A stretch of DNA of 64,000 bases from Psammoneis japonica (Eukaryota), in contig QPGO01000074.1 in assembly GCA_008632985.1 (NCBI GenBank), forward strand, positions 248,001 through 312,000, in the 5' to 3' direction. Below are positions 11,740-23,652 of the stretch, piece by piece. Made by a program: the position numbers and the translations under genes. Every line of letters starts with the position of its first letter. Position 1 is the first letter of the stretch. A model generated the notes under the pieces. The model worked only from the letters and a program-made list of their open reading frames with translations. It did not search any database and was not told where the DNA came from.

Positions 11740-14690
11740 ACCGGTCTGTCCTCTTCCGACCGGTCTGTCCTCTTGCAAGGGCAAACTTTGTAAAACCACT
11801 CTAAGAGTGGCTTCCCGTTGTTTAACATGCAACCCCCTCTGCTGGCATCAGTCACAAGGTCAACAGAGATCTTTGTGAAAACAGCAGGGTTAAAGAGTGT
11901 TGCACATCATGGCACAATTGGGGGCTGAAAGTGGCACATCACCGCTTTCAGAGAAAAATCTGCCGTTTGAGAATTTGCAGAGATTTTGCATCATTGATTG
12001 TCATCATTGATGGAATTGTTTTATGTTGTCCATTTCTAATTAGTGACAACTGCATGCATGCAAAAAATGTGAGCAACATTGCAAAACAACAATGAGCGAG
12101 CGCTTGTGAGCCCACGGCATTCGATCGACAAGATTGTGCATTGTGGACTTGCCATGCTGTCGTTGCGAGAGATGACCGCTGAGCAATTGATGTTGGTTGC
12201 AAAAAAAAACCTTTTAAATTTCTCAGTTCATTGCCATGCAGAATTCCACTGATGACCGGTCTGTCCTCTTGGAGCGAAAAAAGGCCCTTTTTGCGACAGC
12301 AGCAATGTCACTCAGAGCTGTGAACCTGGCAAATGCAGGCACAAGAGCGTGCCCCAATTGACAATGTCAGAAGACATAAGAAGCATTGTGCAGTGAAAAA
12401 CCCATTGATTTTAGAAACAAAATTGACTTTTGCAGAGATGCCAAAAGGCAGAGGACAGACCTTTTTTGCTTGCAGGCTCAGGGTTTTTAGAGGGGGGCAG
12501 TTTGTTTTGTCTGGAGAAATGGGTCATGAGTCACTTCTGTCATGCAGGTGCCACCCAGCACACACAGCACACATCCCCCTGTTCCCCCGTTTTTGATTTC
12601 CTGGTGGGGGGCTCCCCGTTGCATTAAAAAAAATCCCCCCCCCCCAAAAAAACCCAAGCCCAGAGGTCACCGTTCACCTTGAGGAACAAAAAGCTTTTCC
12701 AAAATGAATGTGTTGAAATGCCAAGGACAACTTTCAGGCCTGTCTCAGCTGTGGGGGAATCACCGGCCGGTAAAAATTGACCCAGAAAAATGCACAAACT
12801 CTCGCCAAGGACTCCAAGTGTGGTTTCTTCACAAATTTTGATCGCCACCTTGTCCCATTCATTCTAAACTGTCACATGTTGCCTCAGAGCCCAGTTGATG
12901 TCAACAAGATGTTCAAGAAACCATGCGCTGTTTAAGACAGTGTGTTTTGGCCCACAACCTCTCATCTGTGACCACCAACAATTTTTTGTCCTTGGAGTTC
13001 GAGCCTCCTCACTCCAGTGCTGCGGCCAAGTTGGACTTCATGCACTGGATCTGCATCTTGCATCTGGTGCAAGATGTCTGTCCTGTCAATGACAATTTGA
13101 TGGGAGCACACTGCACAGTGAAGCAGCATCACCCCAACCTTGTTGGCATGCATGCGTCGGTTCAGCGTGGGGTTTTGGTGTTGTGCAAACCAGTCACAAC
13201 TTCAGGGATGCTCCTGCCCCTTGCAACTGGGATGGCGGACAGCCTCAATGTCAGCAGCAGCTTTTGCAACATGCATTCCATGTCCCAAATGTTGTGGAAA
13301 TCACATGCAGCCTTTTCTTCCGGAGTTTGAATTTCCTCTCGCTCCTGCTTGCAAACATGATGTTGACAACAACTTGTGTGTGGGCATCAAGGACTTCTTG
13401 GAGTGCACAGTTTGAGTGCATCTGCCCCCCGCGTCTTGCAAGGATTCCCACACTTGGAAGTTCCCAATGCTTTGAGCCTTGAGAAGCTGAGCCTCCTCTT
13501 GTCTTTCATTTGCTCACTGCTTGGGCTAAAACACAACATGAGAGCCTTGGTCATGGGGGGGGGGNGGGGGGGGGGTGCTTGGCCAAAAGTCAGAGGAGCT
13601 TCTTAGTTTGTTTGTCATCATGTGTGACTTGAGACTTTGGCACCAGGCTCCCTTTGCACTGTCATCCAATGCCTTGTCCAATGTCTCAAATCTGCTCCAA
13701 GTCTGTGGGATGCCAAGATTGGGGCCATCATTTCTCACATCATCAGTGATGCAAGCAGCCTTGGTGGCAGTGGTTGCCATTGCAAATTTTGTTTTTGGTT
13801 CCTTGTGCTCCGGAGCCTGGCATTTCCTGAGAACCTGGCAGTCTGGATGAAAACAGACAATTGAACTGGCTTGGGGTGGCAAAATTGTCAGACTGCTTGG
13901 TCTCTTCAGAGACAGCACATGCTTTTCATTTGGTCTGCACTTTGCATGTTTGCAGTTGTCTGGGTCCCAACTCACAGGGTGAGCATTGGGCCAGCATCAA
14001 CACGCAAGTGGCAGATGACATTTCCCACCCATCTGATTCCTGCATCCCTTGTTCTGTCTGTGTTGCTCAGTTGTGTCAGATGTCAGAAGTGTGTCTTTTT
14101 CTCAAGAAGACTTGGACCTTTTTCCTTCCAAGTCAAGAGTTTCCATGGCCAATCTGCTCTCAGCTGTTCTCTGAGTCACTGCCAGTCCCTGCACAGACCC
14201 CACCATGCTGGGGACAGCTGATGTGCGGTGCATCCACTGTCTCAAATTTACCAAGGACACAAAATGGGGGGTGCAGATGACCCAGAGATGCCCAATGATG
14301 AGTTCATGATGTGCTGCCAATCCACACTGAACTCCTTTTCCATGGCACACAAGAAGCAATGGTGTCATCCATGGGAAGAAAACAAGCCAAGAGAAAGTCA
14401 TCAGCATTGTTGCAATGTGGCACAAACCAAACAGCAATCAACACCCCAACTTTTTTGGGCTTTGAGGGCATCAGCAGAGACCATGCAAGAGTCCTCCCCA
14501 CGCAGCCAAAGAAGAATGACCATGCCGAGAGCAGGCTGGCAAATGATGACTGCAAGCATGAAGATCCTCTGGAGGACATTTGCTTGCAAACAAGGAGAAG
14601 AGAAGTGACCGTTTTGGAACTGGGGGGGCAGCAATCATTGATTTATCAACGTGGCACCAACGCAAAAGATGGCGGAACATGCAGCAGTCA
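11740..14690. mobile_element. TpA/CpG-depleted repeat island B with repeated CCGGTCTGTCCTCTT motif
   Basis: Motif at 11741, 11760 and 12257, with an inverted copy at ~12450 (agaggacagacc); long G/C runs; TA loss throughout. Confidence 0.6.
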
Positions 14691-14864
14691 TCCAGCACTT
14701 TGCTCTCGGTTATTTCCGCATACGACCTCTTAATTCGATAAGGTTCTTACAAGGAACGTAGTATCAACTTTAATCTCTAGAAGAGATTCGTTTTACTAGC
14801 AACCTTTGCAAAGATTCTAGCATTGGTACATATTTTGCCAGCACATGTAATGTTCAATACGTTC

Positions 14865-16034
14865 TTAACTGAAATCGTCAAACGCATCGTACATTTGATA
14901 TTTGGGGACCCGTTCCTTTAAAAACTGCCAAGCTGTATCGTCAAAGACACTTCCCGGAAGGGATTGAATATGGTCGGGTCCCTTGTCGGATCGAATGCCC
15001 TTGCCATCCTTGGAACACCATTTGGTACCACGATCGACCTGACCACGGACACATCGTTTGAAAATGTATTCCTTCCTGCTTGTGTATCTGTAGTGATAGA
15101 GTAAAAGAATATCAGACGGGCGATCATAGTCACTGGCTCCAGTAGGACCAATGGCTTCGCTGTGTTTGGCTCCGGGATATTTTGTCGTGTAAATCTTTTG
15201 ATTCGTCTTGTTCTTTTTATCATAGGGACGAACACGGACCGCATGAGGATTACGATGATAGAGGTAATCCGTGGCCTTGGCAATGCTCTTTATGACATGA
15301 TGGGTTTTGTCCGCTCGGTATTGAAACCGTTTCGTAACGGGAAGCGGAGTATACACACTCTTGTTGGCACTCCCCACCAGCATCCAATTGACCGTCAAGG
15401 CTCCGTCAAACGGAACCAAGTAATCCTTCAACACACCCAAAATGCCCGAATATTGGTTGGTTTGTAACACAAAGAATTCGTCCGCATCAATAAAGGCAAA
15501 ATAATCATGTTTGGGTCCATCGAGACCGAACCGTTCCACGCAGTCTCGATAGACAAAATTCTGAATAATCTTCTTGTCGGCACCCTTCTCGTCGTCGCTG
15601 CTCTTTTCTTCATCCATCGTTCGATTGTAATGGATAATTTCCACTCGAGAATACACCGGATGCGATCTAGAGTTTTGATACCAACGTTGCCATTCAAAGG
15701 TTGGTGAATCATCGTAGATATAAATGTTGGTAAATTCCATGGCTAAATGATAGTCAATCCACTCTTCCAAATACGCTTCGGCATCCTTAACGCACACGCA
15801 AATGGCGGCTGTAAAGTTGTATTCCTCGAGTAGTGTTGTTGTATTTTGCCATTGTTTTGGGAGTCGAGTTGTTGATGTTGGTGTTGTCATGTCTTGTGGT
15901 GACGATGGGCAAGGAGGATACTCGGGAAGCAACAGTTTGTGTGCCGTCCATAGATTGGAATTGATAAGATATGTGACGGAAACGACAAAGAACAGTGCTG
16001 TCCATCTCTTGTTGGGGTTGTCAAGCAACGTCAT
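14865..16034 (-). CDS. Type II membrane glycosyltransferase, GT92/GT2-like
   Basis: N-terminal TM; AICVCVKDAEAYLEEWIDYH, IYIYDD, FAFIDADEF, VIKSIA, LYHYR motifs. Confidence 0.88.
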   Translation of the reverse strand: MTLLDNPNKRWTALFFVVSVTYLINSNLWTAHKLLLPEYPPCPSSPQDMTTPTSTTRLPKQWQNTTTLLEEYNFTAAICVCVKDAEAYLEEWIDYHLAMEFTNIYIYDDSPTFEWQRWYQNSRSHPVYSRVEIIHYNRTMDEEKSSDDEKGADKKIIQNFVYRDCVERFGLDGPKHDYFAFIDADEFFVLQTNQYSGILGVLKDYLVPFDGALTVNWMLVGSANKSVYTPLPVTKRFQYRADKTHHVIKSIAKATDYLYHRNPHAVRVRPYDKKNKTNQKIYTTKYPGAKHSEAIGPTGASDYDRPSDILLLYHYRYTSRKEYIFKRCVRGQVDRGTKWCSKDGKGIRSDKGPDHIQSLPGSVFDDTAWQFLKERVPKYQMYDAFDDFS

Positions 16035-16129
16035 TGTCAAACAATAAATAATAGTAAGACACTACGTATGTGCCAACGTCAGAGAATAATGCTCTCTACT
16101 AGAGGAGAGTTTGAAGACAAAAGCCAAAA

Positions 16130-18740
16130 ACAACAACAACAGCGAGATCGCAGGCGAGGAAGCGAAGATTTGAATTACAGAATTTGAACTTCCAATTTTC
16201 TGATGTTCGTGGCCGTGGAAAAGGAAGAGAGAAAAAGGGATTCGACCGTTGAGCGCGCGCCAAAAATGAGCAAAAGAGCGTTGAGAACAAAGCGCAGCTG
16301 TGGGTCCCAGCTCCGCAGTGTCTCACGTGCAAATTTCAGTTCCCCCTTTTTAACTGGGTGCCCACCACGATCGACTAACATCATCCTGACATGAAGTTCT
16401 TGACAACTGTCGGTGTCTGCGTTTGAGGGTTGCACCAGTTGCAGAGCTGCTTCTGAATTTCCTCATCGACTCTCCCTCCTTGCACTTGCCCCCGTGTTGT
16501 TGGAGCATCTGGAGCGAGTGGGAAATGCAAAAATCCCGGAAGCCAAGCTGCAGAAGAGAAGAAGCTTCAGATCCTGATGTGGCAGATTTGGTGTCTTCTT
16601 GAAAGTGAGTGTGCACCCATCACCGATCTCACCAACCTCCTTTCATCTCGCTCTTTGGAGCGAATCATCTGACTCACGTGAGCTGCTCTGTGTCATCAAC
16701 AGGCACCTGCCCATCAAATCATGAGATTGAATTTTATTGAAAACTTCAAGGCATGCTGCAACCACCACAGCAACCAGGACAAGTGCAATGAGCAGCACAG
16801 GAAACCTCAGAGGATTCCCTTTTGGCGGCATTTTGTCTTGTCGGGGTTCAACACTCACTCTCTCCAAAGAGTCACAAGCACTGCATTTGGCACAAACAGA
16901 CACCAACTTCCGTTTGATCATCTGACACAGGAACCTGCATTGTGAGTGGCAGAGGAGGAGGAAGATCCAGCAGAGGAGGCTGAGGATGCAACCAAGGCAG
17001 AGGTGAGACAAAGGTCTCACAAGTCTTTTTGTGACAAGAGCAAGAAGACCAACCAACATGAGTTTCATCTTTCATTGATGAACAGCAACTCACACAATGC
17101 AATGTGCAAAAAATTCAAGAGAAAGATCATCAATCACATGCAGAAGAAGCATGGTCAAGGCACGCATCCAGCAAGGTCCTCAGAAGACATGGGTTGCATT
17201 GATTTCTCCAGCGAGAGTCCTGTGCCCTGGCAGTGCCAGCAGCTGCAACCTCAACACCAGGCAATGCTGATTGTCAGGACATGTGACAAACACAAGAGTG
17301 TGAGAACAAAAGCAATTTGAGCATGAGCACAAGGCCAACCAAGCTGTGCAACTGCAGTGAGAAAGAGAAAAAGCTTGAAGAGAACAAGAGCGCTGCATTC
17401 GTGCTGAGATCACTGCACCAAGCTGATCATGAAGCAAAGAGTGCAGGCCAATCCCAGTTGCCAGGGAGTCAGAGATGACCTGATTGGACCATTGAAGCTA
17501 ATCCAGTCACTCATGTTTAATTCCTCGAGGGGTTGACATCCATTCCGTGCACTTGCCAAGCCCCTGAAGAAGAAGCACTGCACACTGGAGGTGAAAAGCA
17601 ACTGGAGAATGAGTCACCGAAGAGATGCTGCAAGCAAAGGTCTCAGCAGCAAGATGCTAGATGGACTCATCAAAAACACCAAGGAGCACAAGGACTGTGT
17701 CACCTCAGCAAAACAGACTGCATTGACAGGCACTGCATTTGAGATGTGAGTGGACAACATGCCTGTTTGTGGAGAACAGTGATGACTGCTTTTACAAGAG
17801 CCTCATGAGAGACTGCAACGTGGGTGGGGATTCACACCCAAAGACCCTGAAGAATGCAAGTGAATGGAAAACAATGTGTTGCTGAGCCATCAAAGGAGCA
17901 CAATGACCCATGCAAGCAATGCAGCAAGAAGAACAACCAAGGACCCCAATGACAAGACTGAAGATGACAAGACTGAACACAAGTCCAAGAACCCACAAGA
18001 CCAAAGTCATGCAAAAAGTGGCAGTCAAGGTGGCACCACATCTGTCATTGTTGTGGCAAGCCAAGCCACAAGTCCCCAGACTGCAGGCACAAGAACGACA
18101 TTCTGCAGAAAGACTGGCACAAGAATTCCAGCAGGAAACCAGACACCAGGGGACAGAGTCACACTCAGACAAGAGATGAAAACTGTTTGTTGGTGAGCAG
18201 TGACAATGCAAGTGTTGATGCCCACAGATCCAGTCAATCAACAAGCTCAAGCAAGAGCAAAAGGGTGGTTGTTGCATGGTGTGGATTCCAGTTGGAGGAA
18301 CAGGCCAAAGAAAGGCCAGAGACAAGAAGTTTCCGCCAAGCTGATGTCGGCATGGAGTCAGATGAGATCATCCCCGACAATGGTTTGCTGGCGAATCATG
18401 AAACATCATCCTGCTCATGCAGGGTTTTGCCATTGTGCCAAATTGTGGTGGCTGTTTGCGACTGAACAAGAAACATGTTGTTGTGATGTCTGGGCACAAC
18501 AACATGCTCCCCCAATCGTGAACACTGTCAAAACAAAATGGCTGGCATCCAAAAAACCGCATGAAGTCCCCGTGAGGGAAGAAAAGCCTTCCCAAAATGA
18601 ATGTGTGGTCTTAGCAAGAAGCTGATTTGAGCATGGATGAGTGCTCGAGTGTCTAGGATGATTTATGGCATGAAGCTAGAGAGGGCCTGCCATGCATGGC
18701 GACATCAGTTCACCGAGAAAGCAGACTGTGCATGCGAGCG
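16130..18740. mobile_element. TpA/CpG-depleted repeat island C (degenerate coding remnant, family not identified)
   Basis: Near absence of TA; broken, overlapping Cys/His/Gln-rich ORFs. Confidence 0.55.
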
Positions 18741-18882
18741 CGCCATTGTCGCGAAGATATAGTTACGCAGCGCATTTCCGCGCGTTTTGTTTCCGCTCTA
18801 CGACGCCGTCTGTTAGCTGGGGCAAACAGCCAAGATGATGCCTGCATGCTCTCCATCATGAGAGTCTTCTCTTGACACGCTG

Positions 18883-20471
18883 ATGCCATCCTCCGACACG
18901 GAATACCGGAGCGTCGGCGTCGTTGGAATTGGGTTTAATGGCGAAGAAAGTATTCCACTTATCAAGAGTCCCAGTGTTGAATTTTGTGCGGATGATGCCG
19001 AAAACTCGAATACCCCCGTGACCCGGTCGGTTCTGATTTATACAGCGGCTGCCGCACTGAACAGTTGCACCTTGGGTTACGACTTGGGAGTAAACACCAA
19101 TGCTGCCTTGCTGGTACAGAAATCCATGAAGCTGACCAATGTTCAGATTGAAACCTTCGTCGGTGCCATGGATTTGTTTGCCATGGTGGGAGCCGGATCG
19201 GCGCACTTGTTGTCGGATCGCTTTGGCCGTCGTGGGTTGTTTCTAGCATCTGCTGTTGGATTTGCAGTTGGTGCCACAACTATGGCTATTAGTTCGTCGT
19301 ATCAAGTCTTGATGCTCGGAAGAGCCATGGTGGGACTGTGTGTGGGATTTGGTTTGGCTGTGGATCCTGTATACATTTCAGAAGTTAGTCCTCCAGACCG
19401 ACGAGGCGAACTGGTTGCGTGGTCTGAGATTTCACTCAACATGGGAGTAATTTTTGGGTTTGCTTCTGGTCTGGTTCTGTACCCCTTACCCGAGCATGTT
19501 GCATGGAGGTTCATGTTTGCGTTGGGGTCGCTCTTGCCCTGTGCCATTCTCGTACTCTTGTGTTTGCCTGGGTTTCTTCCGGAGTCTCCGCGATGGCTGG
19601 TGCAAAACGGTCGGGTGGAAGAGGCGACAGATATTCTTCGCACCATTTACCCACCAGACTATAACGTCAGTCTTGTTATAAGTGATATCAAGGAGAGTAT
19701 CCGGCAAGATGAACATGCTGATGAGGCACTAGGATGGGCTTTTCTATTGAAACCGGCTCCAGCCTACAGACGAATGCTGATCGTTGGGATCGGAGTTGCC
19801 GTTGCGCAACAGCTCGTCGGCATTGATGCTATTGGTTCCTTCTTGGTGTACATTATGAACGATTCTGGAATGACAAATCGGCTCTACCAGTCGCTCACTC
19901 TCATTTTACTGCAGTTCCTGAAACTGACCGTGGTGTCTGTGCTTCCAAACTGTTTGATATCAAAGGAAGACGATTCTTTTTGTTTGTGTCACTGGGTGGG
20001 ACAGCAGCTTCCCTTCTTGTCTTGTCTGTTGATTTCTGGGGAATCCAATCACAGCACCCTTATCGTGGTCGTTGGACTTGCATCCTACCTCTGCTTTTTC
20101 AGCGTCGGGATCGGACCAATGGCATGGCTGATTCCATCCGAGGTCTTTTCCAACACAATCCGCGCCAAGGCCATGAGCCTTGCTACCTTGCTGAATCGGC
20201 TGGTTGGGACTCTATTGTCATCGACCTTTCTTTCGTTAGCCAGTGCTCTCTCATGGTCGGGTCTGTTTGCCTTGCTTGCTGCGTTTGCGCGCTGGTGGCG
20301 GCTTTTATCTTTGTCTACTTGCCCGAGACCAAGGGGAAAGCACTTGAGGATATGACGCTGTATTTTGCAGAAGTCACAGGGGACACTTCGATTCTGGAGA
20401 TGGAAGCTACGCTTGCTACCGGAGCAGCCGCAGAGGCGCCCGAACCAACCAACATCAAAAGAGACGATTAA
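18883..20471 (+). CDS. MFS sugar porter (polyol/monosaccharide transporter-like), with apparent frameshifts in the 3' part
   Basis: GYDLG, SDRFGRR, YISEVSPPDRRG, PESPRWL, QQLVGID; the C-terminal YLPETKGKALED lies in another frame (indels near 19940, 20040 and 20280). Confidence 0.88.
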
Positions 20472-20586
20472 TGTGGGATGTTTTAATAGATGTGGATCAT
20501 GTATACGTTTCAGAATTTAGTCTTCCATCACCCGATGATGTGACGGTAGAGGTATTGCAGCGGCGCGAGGAAAATCGAAACGTAGT

Positions 20587-21100
20587 CTAGATTGTTAAAT
20601 TGTTTAGAAAGCTACGATGCATCGGAAGATGTTGGACGATCTGAAGCTTTGCGATCCTCGACCACAAATTTGGGTCCCACTTACAGCGCCCACCGATATC
20701 TTCCGGGAGAGCTAATGAGCTCAACCCATGTTTCTCAAGAGAATTAAGCACTTCTGCCGTTGATCCAGCATGAAGAGTTACTCGACGTCGCAACCGTTCT
20801 CCAAGGAACACTTTGAGGACGGGAAAGATCAACGAGAATCATGTCGGCGGCTGACAGAGGTGAACCGCTTTCAACCGCACAGGGAGGCAACTTTGATAGA
20901 CTTGATGTTGAGCTTGGTTCGTTTTCGATCAAACTGACTCATCGTCATCGACTTTCGATTGAAAAAGATGGCAACGACACCGTGCTTTTGAGTATTTTCG
21001 TTTTCAAATGCTGCGTGATAAACATACCACATGAACCGACAGATGCTCTCACGGCTCGCAATCGTTGAATTCTTGGGAGGAAACGCCGATGCATCTACCC
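20587..21100 (-). pseudogene. CRAL-TRIO (Sec14-like) domain pseudogene
   Basis: Fragments [64 protein letters not shown]...LPEDIGG, with an in-frame TGA and frameshifts. Confidence 0.7.
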
Positions 21101-21506
21101 TGGCTGAGCGTTACGAGCACGAGTTATGCGTTGTCTAAACTGGGAATCGCACATGGAGCTTTGCAAGTCGCAAGTGAGCACGGCGGAGCAAGATGCCGAC
21201 CGTTGGAGAAATGCTCGAATGCTCATGCTCGCTGATGAAACGGAATCGCCAATCGTAGAACTCTTACAGAAAGAGTTCCTTCGGAGAGATCATCTTTAAC
21301 ATGCCACACATCTTAAATTATATAAATCAGTGGTCAACTTGAATAAAGACCAAGGGCCTCGACGCTCCACACTCTCGAAAGCGGTTTGCTACAACGCACA
21401 GGAGCACGAGCCAAAGAAGTAGAACCACAACGAGGGTCAATATCTAGACATCATCATCTTGTTCTTCCTACTGTAAATATTTGCTGTGTCGTTAAAACAT
21501 AACTCG

Positions 21507-22021
21507 CTACAAATCTTCCATTCCAGGCATCTTTTTTCCGTCCAACATGTCTACAATCCCTCGAAGCTGTTCTACAGTCATGTCCGCCCCACCCGAGAAT
21601 TTGATACCAGACGCACTTAGCTTTTCCAACATTTCACGCTTTTCTGGATCTTGCACGTGAGAAAAATCGTTCTTCATTTGTCCCATTAGCTGTTCCCAAA
21701 CCTTGGGATCCATGTCGTCGGGCTTTTCGTTTGGAATGCCACCATCAAACAACGGCGGCGTTTTCTTTTTGGGTCGTTTCTCGGGATGCAACACCAGCCA
21801 CCGTTCGACGGCGTCCTCTTGAAAGGCAAGCTCTCGGAGCTCTTCTTTACCCATGGATGCTTCAAAGTCAATGTCCAACTCTTTGAAAATCTTTTTCAAC
21901 TGCCCAGTGGTCTTCATCTTAACTTGGCGACGTCGGCTTCGTCTTCGTCAGAAGAGTCTGCTGCTGTCGACGCCCATGCCACCAAGAAGAACGAAATTGC
22001 AAACAAAATAAATCTAGCCAT
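21507..22021 (-). CDS. Small signal-peptide protein of unknown function (1-nt indel near 21915)
   Basis: MARFILFAISFFLVAWASTA signal peptide, joined by one frameshift to MKTTGQLKKIFKELDI...MEDL; the C-terminal MEDL may be an ER-retention-like signal. Confidence 0.7.
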
Positions 22022-22324
22022 TTTTTTGGTGTGAAGTGCGGAAAGGGAAAACGCGATTGCGGTATGAATAATGTGACAATGTCCCGAGAGTAGGATGGCG
22101 GCTGTAATAACAGCTGTAGCAGAGAGGTGGTGACATACACCACAACGAAAAACAACGAAAGTGCTGACACAACGAATGAACTCCAAAAAATGACCGTCAA
22201 AGATACCAACCGCGTTGGATTGTGATCATTCAGACCCGAATACAATTACATATGAGGGAGTTTCCCGCCTTTTTTACTCCAAGCCATCGCATCGTCCTCC
22301 AGTAGTCCTCCAGAGCCAAGGAAG

Positions 22325-22437
22325 TCTATGGTACTGACTGAACTACCGGTACCGGTAGGCCTCTAGCTAAGTAGCTATCTCTACTCTCTCTAGAGTAGCT
22401 ACTAGAGGGCCTAGCTAGGGCCCTATCATAGAGTACA
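22325..22437. repeat. CTAG-rich palindromic island with TACCGGTACCGGTA
   Basis: ctaccggtaccggtaggcctctagctaagtagctatctctactctctctagagtagctactagagggcctagctagggccctatc. Confidence 0.8.
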
Positions 22438-22609
22438 TAAATCTGTTTTGCCTAGCCATAGCTCAATCAAAACTAAGTTGTTTCCTACGCTAACAATTCA
22501 CCTCTCGTACGGTGTTTTACTACAACAAGGGAGTACCGGTATTCACATATACCATCCATACAAATTGGTCTCTTTACACAACCATTGCATAGCCTAACAG
22601 CCTAACAAG

Positions 22610-23254
22610 CTATTGGTATTCTGTAGGCAACGAAAACGTCGTGGCGCTAGCTTCATCTTGCTCTCCCATGTACAGAGTTCCCGTAATGGGCATGTGATCC
22701 CACATGAGCGTCAACGTAATGTCTTTACCCCTCAATTCATTCGCTTGATCCACCAGGGCATACTTGACAAAGACATTATCCTCCTGAATGACCTTTTTTT
22801 CGTCTGGATCAATGGCTTCCACAATTTTGTCCCACAAGACGATTTGATTCTTGGGAATGGTGTCGGATTCGTAGGATGCCACGACGTAGACAAAGAGTTG
22901 TTTAATGTTCCAATGAAAGGCTGGCCTCAAATCGGCGTGCAAATCAAAACTCAACAAGGCACGATCAACGCCACTGTGCGATTTCAAAGAACGAAGTGTG
23001 TTGAGCTGTAATTTTGAAACAACTATGTGTAACAACAGAAAAAGAAAACAAGTATGGGTGAGAGACAGTTCAATCATGCGCAAGAAAATACGTTATGGTT
23101 TCTTTGCATTCTTTTCAGACAAACACAACGACGTACTCGGCTTGTGTTTATTGGCATGACCAATCTTTGAAATTGCAGCCAAGCATGATAAACCCAACAA
23201 TACCGTTAGACCGAAAAAGACAACGGCGTTTAATCGAACCCAAACCGTGTGCAT
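22610..23254 (-). CDS. SPCS3: Signal peptidase complex subunit 3 (SPC22/23), 2 exons (23254-23137, 23022-22610)
   Basis: MHTVWVRLNAV N-terminus; GT-AG intron 23136-23023 keeps frame; FDLHADLRPAFHWNIKQLFVYVVASY, NQIVLWDKIV, KYALVD, WDHMPITG. Confidence 0.93.
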
Positions 23255-23652
23255 GATTGTTTGTTACTGCTGTTTGTTGCTGTTGTCGCTGTTGTATGCC
23301 TCTCGCTGACTGTTGGCCTGTTGATTGCACTGTTGAGGGCAGCTTACAGACCTCCCAGTTGGAGTGTGTTGAGGGGCCTTTTGTCGCGCGGCACGTGGAA
23401 ATGACCGCACGATTCGCGCAAAAGCCATCAGCGCATCATCTTCTTCTGTCCGTCACACCCCTTCTGGGGCATCGCGCACCGACGACGTCCGTCCGTCGTC
23501 AAAAAGCAAAAAAAGCCGAAGATCGCGATCGAGTGACCGCCGGTGACTTGTTGCAGTGTCAATGACCAGTCGCCGTTCGTTGTTGCCTCACATAGACGAC
23601 GATTAGGGTGTTTCCAACACTGAATAGTATACGGATACAGTGACTTGCGACA

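Noticed and set aside
11741..12462. CRISPR-like array from repeated CCGGTCTGTCCTCTT (also GAATTGAGTCCTCAT x2 at ~26471-26505)
   Set aside because: Only 2-4 irregularly spaced copies, one inverted, in eukaryotic repeat DNA; better explained as transposon subterminal repeats.
19930..21920. Frameshifts in the sugar transporter and the 21.5-22 kb gene (also near 787 and 63085) as programmed frameshifting
   Set aside because: Scattered 1-2 nt indels with no slippery-site or structural signal; more likely consensus errors or recent lesions. Needs read data.
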